From positions 1 through 36,481 of the forward strand of contig JBDRBN010000067.1 of NCBI GenBank assembly GCA_043822785.1: a stretch of DNA of 36,481 bases, read 5' to 3'. The DNA comes from Pseudomonadota bacterium (GTDB lineage Bacteria; UBA10199; 2-02-FULL-44-16; JAAZCA01). The notes below the pieces were generated by a model. That model was not told the DNA's origin and did not search any database. It saw only the letters and a list, made by a program, of their open reading frames with translations. Position 1 is the stretch's first letter. The number at the start of each line of letters is the position of its first letter. Shown here in pieces: positions 1 through 7,991 of the stretch. Made by a program: the position numbers and the translations under genes.

Positions 1-16
1 GCTCCTCGCAATGACA
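1..16. repeat. Right end of a TGTC-type palindromic doublet repeat, cut by the window edge
   Basis: GCTCCTCGCAATGACA is identical to the 3' ends of the copies at 7992-8068 and 35316-35400. Confidence 0.85.
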
Positions 17-99
17 CCTAGACATGAGAAAAATGAATTCTTATATTTCAACCAGTTAACACCTCTAACGCGACAGCAGTGTAATTTATATATAAGAAA

Positions 100-1494
100 T
101 CATCCATGATATGCCTTAAGAGCAGCATCAATCCTCTTAAGCGAGCGTTCTTTCCCAAGTATTGCAAGTACTTCGTATATGCCTGGGCTGACTGTGGTGC
201 CGGTGAGCGCCACGCGCACAGGTTGCGCAAGTTTTAGCATTTTGCAGTCTAATTCCTCTAGAGCTTGCTTGAAGATTTCTCCGATAGACTTTTCATTCCA
301 AACATCCAATGCCTTTAATCTGTCGGCGATAAATTGAAGATTTTTTCGGCCTTCGTTGTTAAGCCATGTTTCAATGGCTTTTTCATCCAGAACAATATCT
401 TCACGAAAGTAAAATGCCGACACCTCCGCCAACTCCTTTAATGTCTTAGCCCGTTCGCGCTCAGTGGCTAATGCGTGCGCCGCGTAATCTTTATCTTTCA
501 CATCAAGACCTAAACCCTGCAGAAAAGGCAAGGTGAGATTTGTGATCTCAGAGTCAGACCTTTTTCCCATGTGCTGAGAGTTGACCCAGTTTAGCTTTTC
601 CATATCAAAAACAGACGGCGAACTGCCAACAACTGAGAGATCGAAGAGTTTTATAAGATCTTCGCGGCTGAATATCTCCTGATCGCCGTACGACCAGCCA
701 AGCCTGGCAAGGTAGTTCACCACCGCGTCTGGAAGATATCCCATGGACATGTATTCCATCACCGAAGCAGCTCCGTGCCTCTTTGACAGCTTCTTCTTGT
801 CAGGCCCATGGATCATGGGCAAATGCGCAAACTCTGGTACAGGATATTTAAGAGCTTCGTAGAGAAGTACCTGCCTGGGAGTGTTGTTGATGTGATCATC
901 GCCCCGAATGATGTGCGTCATCTTCATGGTCACATCATCGACCACGACCGTAAAATTATATGTAGGACTGCCATCGCTGCGCGCGATGATCAGATCATCC
1001 AGCTCCTTATTCTCAAAGCTGATAGTTCCACGGCAGATATCGTGAAATTCCGTTGTGCCCTCTTGTGGTGCTTTAAACCTGATCGCAGCAGGTCTATCCG
1101 GATGCGCTGCTCCATTGCGGCAAGTGCCGTCATACTTGGGTTTGCGGCCTTGCTTTAGAGCCTCTTCGCGCTTTTGAGCCAGTTCCTCAGGCGTGCATGT
1201 GCATGGATAGGCCTTGCCTTCATCAAGGAGCTTTTTGACGTGCTCCTTATACAGGTCCATGCGCTGCGATTGGTAATATATTTTGTCATCCCAATCCATA
1301 CCCAGCCAACGAAGCCCATCGATTATAGACTCTTCAAATTCCTTTGTGGAACGCTCTTTATCAGTGTCCTCGATGCGCAGAATAAACTCGCCGCCGCTGT
1401 GTCTAGCAAAGAGCCAATTAAAAAGCGCTGTGCGCGCGCCACCTATGTGAAGGGCGCCTGTTGGTGAAGGTGCAAATCGTACCCGCGGTTTCAT
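100..1494 (-). CDS. gltX: Glutamate--tRNA ligase
   Basis: RVRFAPSPTG-LHIGG (HIGH), ILRIEDTD, HIIRGDDH, KLSKR (KMSKS), VSPGIYEV anticodon domain. Confidence 0.97.
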   Translation of the reverse strand: MKPRVRFAPSPTGALHIGGARTALFNWLFARHSGGEFILRIEDTDKERSTKEFEESIIDGLRWLGMDWDDKIYYQSQRMDLYKEHVKKLLDEGKAYPCTCTPEELAQKREEALKQGRKPKYDGTCRNGAAHPDRPAAIRFKAPQEGTTEFHDICRGTISFENKELDDLIIARSDGSPTYNFTVVVDDVTMKMTHIIRGDDHINNTPRQVLLYEALKYPVPEFAHLPMIHGPDKKKLSKRHGAASVMEYMSMGYLPDAVVNYLARLGWSYGDQEIFSREDLIKLFDLSVVGSSPSVFDMEKLNWVNSQHMGKRSDSEITNLTLPFLQGLGLDVKDKDYAAHALATERERAKTLKELAEVSAFYFREDIVLDEKAIETWLNNEGRKNLQFIADRLKALDVWNEKSIGEIFKQALEELDCKMLKLAQPVRVALTGTTVSPGIYEVLAILGKERSLKRIDAALKAYHG

Positions 1495-1526
1495 TTCGAC
1501 CTCTTTTTGGCTCGCTCGCCTTGCTC

Positions 1527-1605
1527 GCTTACAGCTTACAGCTTACAGCTCTTGTTGTCAGCCGTTAGCCGTAAGCCGTAAGCTGTGAGCCGTTAGCCGT
1601 CAGCT
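1527..1605. repeat. Heptamer array: (GCTTACA)x3, then inverted (GTNAGCY)x7
   Basis: GCTTACA x3 at 1527-1547; gtcagcc gttagcc gtaagcc gtaagct gtgagcc gttagcc gtcagct at 1557-1605. Confidence 0.95.
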
Positions 1606-1959
1606 GTCTTTCAATTTTTTCGACAAAGAGCTGAGCTGTTTTACAATTTGTTCGGCAATGACAGTTAGACGCATGCTTTCCTCTTCATTAATAAATGAAT
1701 TATCAAGAGCAACATCTAAAGCCGCCACAACCTCATTAACTGATCCAATTGCAATATTTACAAATCTCTTAAACTCTTTATCAGATCCTCTATCCGAACC
1801 TTCTGCAATATTGAGCGCTATTGAAATAGCAGCCCTTCTGAGCTGAGTTATCAAGCCAAATTTCTCTTCTGAAGGAAACTGGCCTGTTACCTTATATATT
1901 TCACTGATAAACTTTCTTGCATTATTATAAACATGAAATTCTCTAAATCTAAATGCCAT
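1600..1959 (-). CDS. Four helix bundle protein (23S rRNA IVP / bAvd-like fold family)
   Basis: FP-EEKFGL-TQLRRAA-SIALNIAEG-R---KEF-RF--IA-GS--E signature; 119 aa; AT-richer than its neighbours. Confidence 0.93.
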   Translation of the reverse strand: MAFRFREFHVYNNARKFISEIYKVTGQFPSEEKFGLITQLRRAAISIALNIAEGSDRGSDKEFKRFVNIAIGSVNEVVAALDVALDNSFINEEESMRLTVIAEQIVKQLSSLSKKLKDS

Positions 1960-1993
1960 CTGTTCTCCGCTATTTCAGCAAACGGCTCGTTCA

Positions 1994-2078
1994 CTTACAG
2001 CTCTTATTGTCAGCCGTTAGCCGTTAGCCGTAAGCCGTATGCCGTAAGCTGTAAGCCGTATGCCGTTAGCCGTCAGCT
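1994..2078. repeat. Heptamer array (GTNAGCY / GTATGCC)x10 preceded by CTTACAGCTCTTATT
   Basis: Ten 7-bp units at 2009-2078; 1994-2024 matches 1542-1572 at 30 of 31 positions. Confidence 0.95.
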
Positions 2079-2881
2079 TATTTAATTACAAAGCCTGCGT
2101 AGCCTACCACAGCACTCATGTCGCCCGATACGTCGCCGGAAGTAGCGTGTTTAATCAGATGCGCTTCAGTGGCTCCGAGTTTATTGCACGCTATGATCGC
2201 TATGGCAGTTGGCAAAACGCCGCACATGGATATTCTTTCTGCCGAGCAAATTCCCACCAGTCCTTCGGCATCAAGCGCTAAGACTCTGTCGATGGCCTTT
2301 TGATCCTTCTCCAAAGTCTGTTTTTGGCTTTCATAGTGGTTCATATCAGTGCTAGCCACGATCAGCATGTCTTCAGCGCAATCCTTTACTGCATCGGCGA
2401 TCGCTTCTCCAATCTTTTGACAAGCGTCCATGTTTGCCCTGGATACAGTGATGGGTACTATTGTGAGCTCGGGTTGGCGGGCTAACATAAATGGAAGCTC
2501 AACTTCCAGCGAGTGCTCTGCAATATGCGCGGTGGGGTCATCAGTGAGTTCTGAACAGCTTTTAAGGAGATTTGATGCAAGCTCCTCATCTACAGGTATA
2601 GCACCTGTGGGTATGTGCCATGTGCCCCTGGGCCATACGGCAGCAGTGGCGCCCATGCCAGTGTGATTGGGGCTAAGCACTATACATCTTTTTGGTACCT
2701 CGATGCTCGCAAAGACTTTTCCCGCAACGCCACCAGAATAGATGTAGCCAGCGTGAGGGGCAATGGCAGCAAGAACCTTTGTAGGCTTCATATCTGACTT
2801 TAGATATTTATCCACCTCGTTTTGAAGAGATGAGCTTCCTGCAGGATAGAATTGACCTGCCACTGCGGGTTTGCGATCCAT
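2078..2881 (-). CDS. AmmeMemoRadiSam system protein B (MEMO1 family)
   Basis: RKPAVAGQFYP, APHAGYIYSG, PNHTG, EHSLEVELPF, STDMNHY, MCG, VVGYAG; start moved to ATG 2881 behind GAGGGAG. Confidence 0.93.
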   Translation of the reverse strand: MDRKPAVAGQFYPAGSSSLQNEVDKYLKSDMKPTKVLAAIAPHAGYIYSGGVAGKVFASIEVPKRCIVLSPNHTGMGATAAVWPRGTWHIPTGAIPVDEELASNLLKSCSELTDDPTAHIAEHSLEVELPFMLARQPELTIVPITVSRANMDACQKIGEAIADAVKDCAEDMLIVASTDMNHYESQKQTLEKDQKAIDRVLALDAEGLVGICSAERISMCGVLPTAIAIIACNKLGATEAHLIKHATSGDVSGDMSAVVGYAGFVIK

Positions 2882-2909
2882 TTTATCTCCCTCTTTGTTA
2901 TACATCAAA

Positions 2910-2937
2910 TTTCTAATATCCAATTTCTAATTTCGCT
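2910..2937. repeat. Degenerate heptamer array overlapping the ilvC stop codon
   Basis: tttctaa tatccaa tttctaa tttcgct. Confidence 0.55.
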
Positions 2938-3886
2938 TTTTGTTTTTCTCATGCACCCTCTCTATTGCATGTCTCTCATCCTGCTTCATCGCTTCCTTTA
3001 AAGTCGGAAATCCCTTTTCTTGATCCTCAAATAATTCTTGGGCAAACTTGCCGGAGCGTATCTCGCAAAGCATTTTCCGAAGTTCTGCCTTAACATGCTC
3101 ATCTATCACCCTTGGCCCCCTTGTTACAGAGCCATATTGTGCTGTATCGCTTATATTTTTGCGCATGCCCGCTATGGAGTTGTGCCATAGAAGTTCGGTT
3201 ATGGCACGCAATTCCTTAAGGCAGCTTATATAAGCTATATCTTCACTATAGCCGTTCTCCACAAGGGTTTCATACGATGCGCGCACAAGCTCTGGCATGC
3301 CGCCGCACAGCACAGCCTGCTCTGCAAAGAGATCTGTCTCCACTTCCTCTGCAAAGCTCGACTGTATGAAAGGTCCATCTTTCGCAATGGCTTTGGCATA
3401 ACTCATAGCCCTATCATGGGCTCGTCCTGTGGCATCTTGTGCAACGGCAATTACACAAGGGACTCTGCTATGTTCTACAAAATCTTTTCTGAGCGCATCG
3501 GCATGAGAAAGCGGCGCAACCAGAATCACATCAAGATCATCCCTGGGCGCGATCCTTTTATAATGCACTGCAAATCCATGTGCGAATATCAGGGCGGAAC
3601 CTTCAGGCAGATGTTTATGGAGTATGTTTGTGTAGAACGCAGGCTGTTCTGAGTCGGGGATGAGCAGCGCTGCGCATTGGGCCTTTTGTGCGGCTTCAAT
3701 TGGATCGAGCATGAGAGCGATCTCTGCTCTTTTCACGGCTTCTTTTCGGGGGCTATCTTTTCTTATGCACACACTTACCGACATATTGCTATCGCGCAGG
3801 TTAAGCGCTTGCGCTTTGCCCTGTGCCCCAAACCCAAAAATAACTGTTTCCTCAGCAGTTACGCCTTGTTTAAGCACTTTTTCCAT
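2927..3886 (-). CDS. ilvC: Ketol-acid reductoisomerase family protein (class I, divergent)
   Basis: GFGAQGKAQALNLRDS, LIPD, FAHGF, EEVETDLFAEQAVLCGG, ISDTAQYG, EIRSGKFA; ATG 3886 taken as start (uncertain). Confidence 0.9.
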   Translation of the reverse strand: MEKVLKQGVTAEETVIFGFGAQGKAQALNLRDSNMSVSVCIRKDSPRKEAVKRAEIALMLDPIEAAQKAQCAALLIPDSEQPAFYTNILHKHLPEGSALIFAHGFAVHYKRIAPRDDLDVILVAPLSHADALRKDFVEHSRVPCVIAVAQDATGRAHDRAMSYAKAIAKDGPFIQSSFAEEVETDLFAEQAVLCGGMPELVRASYETLVENGYSEDIAYISCLKELRAITELLWHNSIAGMRKNISDTAQYGSVTRGPRVIDEHVKAELRKMLCEIRSGKFAQELFEDQEKGFPTLKEAMKQDERHAIERVHEKNKKRN

Positions 3887-4013
3887 ATTGAGCGCACCTA
3901 GCACCTGTATTTTAAAAAGGCAAGGAGAGAAGCTGTGATCATCGGCCCGTAAATCAAAACATTAAGGAGGAAAATTTATAAATCACTTTAAGTTAAGGCT
4001 TCTAATCTCAACC

Positions 4014-4042
4014 TTGACAGGGGCAAAGGCACGGTATAGGTT
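4014..4042 (+). promoter_or_regulatory. Sigma70-type promoter for the panD-yceD-rpmF operon
   Basis: TTGACA (4014-4019), 17-bp spacer, TAGGTT (4037-4042). Confidence 0.6.
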
Positions 4043-4050
4043 CGCCCGCC

Positions 4051-4509
4051 ATGCTTCGTAACATGTTGAAATCCAAGATTCATAGGGCTTATGTGACCGA
4101 TGCGGATGTGCACTACGAGGGTTCAATCACATTGGACCCCGATCTCATGGATGCTGCCCTGTTTATTGAATTCGAACAGGTGCATGTGTGGGATGTAACC
4201 AATGGCCAGCGCATCGTCACTTATGTTATGGAAGGTGAGAGGGGCTTAGGCACCGTTGCCATTAACGGCGCTGCTGCTCATCTCATAAAAAAGGACGATA
4301 TAATCATAATCGGCAGCTATGCTGTGTATGATGAAACAGAGCTTACAGACCACTGCATGCGCAGGGTGTATGTGGATGCAGAAAACAGGGTAAAGAAAGT
4401 GGAGCGAAGTGAATATAGGACGAGAAACGTGAGTTGTCACTCTGAACGGAGTGAAGAGTCCCAGAAAAAATCACCGAGATTCTTCGTTCCCGCTGGTCAC
4501 TCAGAATGA
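4051..4509 (+). CDS. panD: Aspartate 1-decarboxylase with a repeat-derived C-terminal extension
   Basis: MLKSKIHRA-VT, YEGSIT (G-S autocleavage site), TY, INGAAAH. Confidence 0.96.
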   Translation: MLRNMLKSKIHRAYVTDADVHYEGSITLDPDLMDAALFIEFEQVHVWDVTNGQRIVTYVMEGERGLGTVAINGAAAHLIKKDDIIIIGSYAVYDETELTDHCMRRVYVDAENRVKKVERSEYRTRNVSCHSERSEESQKKSPRFFVPAGHSE

Positions 4510-4511
4510 CA
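4435..4511. repeat. TGTC-type palindromic doublet (ACTCT/ATTCT variant) inside the 3' end of panD
   Basis: TGTCACTCTGAACGGAGTGAAGAGTC...GAGATTCTTCG...CTCAGAATGACA. Confidence 0.85.
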
Positions 4512-4534
4512 ACCACGGTAACGCTGGCCAACAA

Positions 4535-4555
4535 TACGAGTCACAAGTTACGAGT
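4535..4555. repeat. Short heptamer array
   Basis: tacgagt cacaagt tacgagt. Confidence 0.5.
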
Positions 4556-4568
4556 TTCGGTACTTAAT

Positions 4569-5126
4569 ATGGAAATCTTAATTGATGACATTGCGGAAGA
4601 GGGTCTTGAGCTAGAAGCTAGCGAGAAGGATCCCTGGTTTAAAGGTGCTGTACAAGAAGCCCTTGGTGAAGCGTTTGATGAAGCAGATCACGCAAAAGTC
4701 TTAATCAGCCTTGACCGCATTGATGGTAACGTAAATATAGATGGCACGATTGAGATCGTTTCTCACCCCGTATGTGACCGCTGTCTTGTGCAGTATGAGG
4801 TTTGCGCAACCATACCGTTTCATACGGTCCTAGCGCCTTTATACGAGAATAAGAGACAGCAGGAGCTAGAGGGCGAAGCAGAGGCAGAGCTCATAAAAGA
4901 AGATCTTGAGTTTGGTTTTTATGAGGGAGACAGATTCGACGTTTCAGAGGTGATTAGAGAGCAGATCGTTTTGGCAGAACCCATGAAGCACTTGTGCAAA
5001 GAGGATTGCAAAGGGCTTTGCCCGCGATGCGGAAAGAATTTAAACAAGGGTCCTTGCACGTGCAGTGAAGAGCATCAGGGTACGAGCTTTGTAGCCCTTA
5101 AAGACGTGAGAATTGAAAAACACTAA
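4569..5126 (+). CDS. yceD: DUF177/YceD family protein
   Basis: CDRCL, REQIVL-PMK-LCKEDCKGLCPRCGKNLN-GPC-C; directly upstream of rpmF; start moved to ATG 4569. Confidence 0.92.
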   Translation: MEILIDDIAEEGLELEASEKDPWFKGAVQEALGEAFDEADHAKVLISLDRIDGNVNIDGTIEIVSHPVCDRCLVQYEVCATIPFHTVLAPLYENKRQQELEGEAEAELIKEDLEFGFYEGDRFDVSEVIREQIVLAEPMKHLCKEDCKGLCPRCGKNLNKGPCTCSEEHQGTSFVALKDVRIEKH

Positions 5127-5127
5127 C

Positions 5128-5215
5128 CCAGTGACCAGTGAAGATTTGTCATTTTACCGCAAAAATTGAATTTGCTAAGGACTGATAACTGATTACTGGT
5201 AACTGATAACTGGTT
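5128..5215. repeat. Heptamer array (ACTGRTW)x5 with an inverted (CCAGTGA)x2 arm
   Basis: ccagtga x2 at 5128-5141; actgata actgatt actggta actgata actggtt at 5181-5215. Confidence 0.88.
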
Positions 5216-5234
5216 TTAACGAAAGGAGTTTACC

Positions 5235-5417
5235 GTGGCTGTACCAAAGAGAAGACAGGCAAGAGGACGCAGGGACAAACGTCGCGCAAACCACATGAAA
5301 CTTCCAAAGGTGAGCTTGAGCACTTGTCCCCAGTGCAAGCAGCCTAAACTGCCGCACAGGGTTTGCATACATTGCGGGTTTTACAAAGGTAGGGAGATTG
5401 TAAAACAGGCTGACTGA
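5235..5417 (+). CDS. rpmF: 50S ribosomal protein L32
   Basis: MAVPKRR...RRA...CPQC...PHRVC-HCGFYKG; AGGAG RBS. Confidence 0.97.
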   Translation: MAVPKRRQARGRRDKRRANHMKLPKVSLSTCPQCKQPKLPHRVCIHCGFYKGREIVKQAD

Positions 5418-5428
5418 CGAATAGTATC

Positions 5429-5671
5429 ATGTCCAAAGAGAGCACAGAAAATAAGGTTAGAGAAATCGTGGCAGAGCAGCTAGCCATAGGCGATGATGAA
5501 CTTTCTGCTGATGCCCATTTCGTAAGCGAGCTCGGCGCAGATAGGCTCGACGTGATAGAGCTCATCATGGCGTTTGAGGAGGAGTTTGATCTGGACATAA
5601 GCGACGAAGACGCAGAAGGGCTATGCACGATTCAAAGCGTTGTCGATTATATAGAGCAAAAGTCGCAATAG
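5429..5671 (+). CDS. acpP: Acyl carrier protein homolog lacking the phosphopantetheine Ser (GADRLD)
   Basis: KVREIVAEQL...F-ELGADRLDVIELIMAFEEEFD--ISDEDAE; codon 39 is AGG. Confidence 0.92.
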   Translation: MSKESTENKVREIVAEQLAIGDDELSADAHFVSELGADRLDVIELIMAFEEEFDLDISDEDAEGLCTIQSVVDYIEQKSQ

Positions 5672-5687
5672 GCTGGGAGGCTTGATA

Positions 5688-6122
5688 ATGCGCATAGCCA
5701 TTGGTTCTGACCACGCTGGTTTTTCCCTCAAAGAATTTTTGAAAGAGAGTCTTGCCAAGATGGGTCATGAAGTTTTAGATCATGGCCCCCATTCTGATGA
5801 AAGCGTTGATTATCCTGATTTTGCAAAAGCCGTAGCCTATGACGTGAACAGCAAAAAGGTAGAACGCGGTGTGCTCATCTGCGGATCCGGCGCAGGCATG
5901 TGTATGGCTGCTAACAGGTTTCCTGAAGTAAGGGCAGCTGTTTTGAGTGACGAATACGATGCCCAGATGTGCCGGCGCCACAATGATGCAAATGTCGCTT
6001 GTTTTGGAGCGCGCAAGATAGAGGCAGCCCGCGCGCAAGAACTCATCGATATATTTCTCAAAACCCCTTTTGACGGCGGCCGACACGAGGCAAGGGTAAA
6101 GAAGTTAAGCGAAATTTGTTAA
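5688..6122 (+). CDS. rpiB: Ribose-5-phosphate isomerase B
   Basis: IAIGSDHAG, SVDYPD, LICGSGAG, RRHNDAN, FDGGRH. Confidence 0.96.
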   Translation: MRIAIGSDHAGFSLKEFLKESLAKMGHEVLDHGPHSDESVDYPDFAKAVAYDVNSKKVERGVLICGSGAGMCMAANRFPEVRAAVLSDEYDAQMCRRHNDANVACFGARKIEAARAQELIDIFLKTPFDGGRHEARVKKLSEIC

Positions 6123-6128
6123 TGGTTT

Positions 6129-6224
6129 TGTCATCGCGAGGAGGCCAGAGGCCGACGTGGCGATCTCCGTAATTTGAGGAGATTGCTTCGCCCCCCAACG
6201 ATCTTTGGAGGGCTCGCAATGACA
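6129..6224. repeat. TGTC-type palindromic doublet
   Basis: TGTCATCGCGAG...GTGGCGATCTCC...GGAGATTGCTTCG...CTCGCAATGACA. Confidence 0.92.
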
Positions 6225-6243
6225 CAACAAAGGGAGGAAATAG

Positions 6244-7488
6244 ATGATCTCGGATGACCTAAAGGCTTTTGACCCAGAAATCGCAGATGCAATTCAAAAG
6301 GAGATCGACAGGCAGGAATATAAGCTTGAGATGATCGCATCTGAGAACTTTGTGTCAAAGCGAGTTCTAAACGCGATGGGTTCAGCCATGACTAACAAAT
6401 ATGCTGAAGGCTACCCGGCCAAGCGCTATTACGGCGGCTGCGAATACGTGGACATAGCAGAGAACCTTGCACGCGATCGCTTAAAAAAATTGTTTGGCTG
6501 TGATCATGCAAATGTCCAGCCCCACTCAGGCAGCCAGGCTAACTTGGGAGTGTATCTGGCTCTTCTAAAACCAGGTGATACCATACTAGGCATGAACCTC
6601 TCGCACGGTGGTCACCTAACACACGGGTCTCCGGTGAGCATCTCCGGCATCTATTTCAAAGCTGTATCATATGGAGTAAATCCTGATACTGAGGTCATCG
6701 ATTATGACGAAGTTAAGAAAATAGCCAAAGAAAGCAAACCCCAGCTCATAGTGTGTGGTGCATCCGCTTACTCGCGCGATATTGATTTTGCAAAATTCAG
6801 GCAGATCGCAGACGAAGTGGGTGCTTATGTGATGGCTGATATCGCACACCCTGCAGGCCTAGTTGCCACAGGGTTTCATTCCAGCCCCATCCCTCATTGC
6901 CAATTCGTAACTTCCACTACTCACAAGACTTTGCGTGGCCCGCGCGGCGGGATCATCATGTGTCAAGACGAGTATGCCAAGACGATTGATAAGGCTATGT
7001 TCCCTGGTTTGCAGGGCGGACCGCTAATGCACGTCATTGCTGCAAAAGCTGTTGCATTCAAAGAGGATCTTGCTCCTGAATACAAAGTTTATTGCGCTCA
7101 GATAATAGCTAACAGCAGGGCGCTGGCAGCCGCCCTTACAGAGCGCGGCTTTAGAATCGTCTCAGGCGGAACGGATACGCACCTGTTTCTCGTCGATCTC
7201 ACAGGCGCGGGCATTACGGGCAAGGATGCAGAAAACGCGCTGGGCGAAGCAGGCATCACGGTAAACAAGAATACAATCCCTCGTGAAACTCGCTCGCCTT
7301 TTATCACAAGCGGCATCCGCATTGGCACGCCGGCGCTTACCACCCGCGGCATGAAGGAAAAAGAAATGCAAATTATCGGTAATTGGATCGCCGCTGTTCT
7401 TTCTGATATCGAGAACGCAGATCTCAAAAAGCGAATAAAGAGTGAGATAAGACAGTTGTGCGAAGGTTTTCCAATCTATAGGGATTAA
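6244..7488 (+). CDS. glyA: Serine hydroxymethyltransferase
   Basis: [41 protein letters not shown] (PLP lysine). Confidence 0.98.
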   Translation: MISDDLKAFDPEIADAIQKEIDRQEYKLEMIASENFVSKRVLNAMGSAMTNKYAEGYPAKRYYGGCEYVDIAENLARDRLKKLFGCDHANVQPHSGSQANLGVYLALLKPGDTILGMNLSHGGHLTHGSPVSISGIYFKAVSYGVNPDTEVIDYDEVKKIAKESKPQLIVCGASAYSRDIDFAKFRQIADEVGAYVMADIAHPAGLVATGFHSSPIPHCQFVTSTTHKTLRGPRGGIIMCQDEYAKTIDKAMFPGLQGGPLMHVIAAKAVAFKEDLAPEYKVYCAQIIANSRALAAALTERGFRIVSGGTDTHLFLVDLTGAGITGKDAENALGEAGITVNKNTIPRETRSPFITSGIRIGTPALTTRGMKEKEMQIIGNWIAAVLSDIENADLKKRIKSEIRQLCEGFPIYRD

Positions 7489-7490
7489 TC

Positions 7491-7955
7491 ATGAAGTGTC
7501 CATTCTGTCCCAAGTATGACAGCAAGGTCATTGACTCGCGCCTGTCAAAGGACGGGCTCATAATACGCCGCCGCCGAGAGTGCGAAGAGTGCGGCAAGCG
7601 CTTTACTACCTACGAGAGGGTGGAAGAGCCGCTGCCTGCTGTTGTGAAAAAGGATGGTAGGCGAGAGACTTTTGATCGCGCAAAGATCGCCACCGGCATC
7701 AAGAAGGCGTGCGAGAAAAGGCCTGTTGCATGTGAGACAATCGATTCAGTGGTAGATCATATCGAGCGCTGGGCCCTGGAGTTAGGCGAGCCTGAAATAT
7801 CCAGCGAAACGATCGGTGGCCGTGTGATGGAAGAGCTGCATAATCTTGATGAGGTTGCCTATGTTCGTTTTGCCTCGGTCTATCGCTCGTTCAAAGACAT
7901 CGGAGAGTTCATGACAGAGCTCAGCGACCTCTTGGGAAAGGGAACGCAGAAGTAA
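7491..7955 (+). CDS. nrdR: Transcriptional repressor NrdR
   Basis: [34 protein letters not shown] cone, [10 protein letters not shown]. Confidence 0.97.
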   Translation: MKCPFCPKYDSKVIDSRLSKDGLIIRRRRECEECGKRFTTYERVEEPLPAVVKKDGRRETFDRAKIATGIKKACEKRPVACETIDSVVDHIERWALELGEPEISSETIGGRVMEELHNLDEVAYVRFASVYRSFKDIGEFMTELSDLLGKGTQK

Positions 7956-7991
7956 TAATCGACACTGCGCCAGTAAAGCGAAAACATCGCA

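Noticed and set aside
1600..1959. 23S rRNA intervening sequence
   Set aside because: The family name suggests it, but the flanks are protein-coding genes with no rRNA sequence.
1527..2078. Repeat arrays as a CRISPR array or diversity-generating retroelement
   Set aside because: No unique spacers, no cas genes, no reverse transcriptase and no template/variable repeat pair in the window.
6129..6224. Cloverleaf-like repeats as tRNA genes
   Set aside because: No T-loop GTTCRA or D-loop consensus and no CCA end; 12-bp terminal stem and variable arms fit a palindromic repeat instead.
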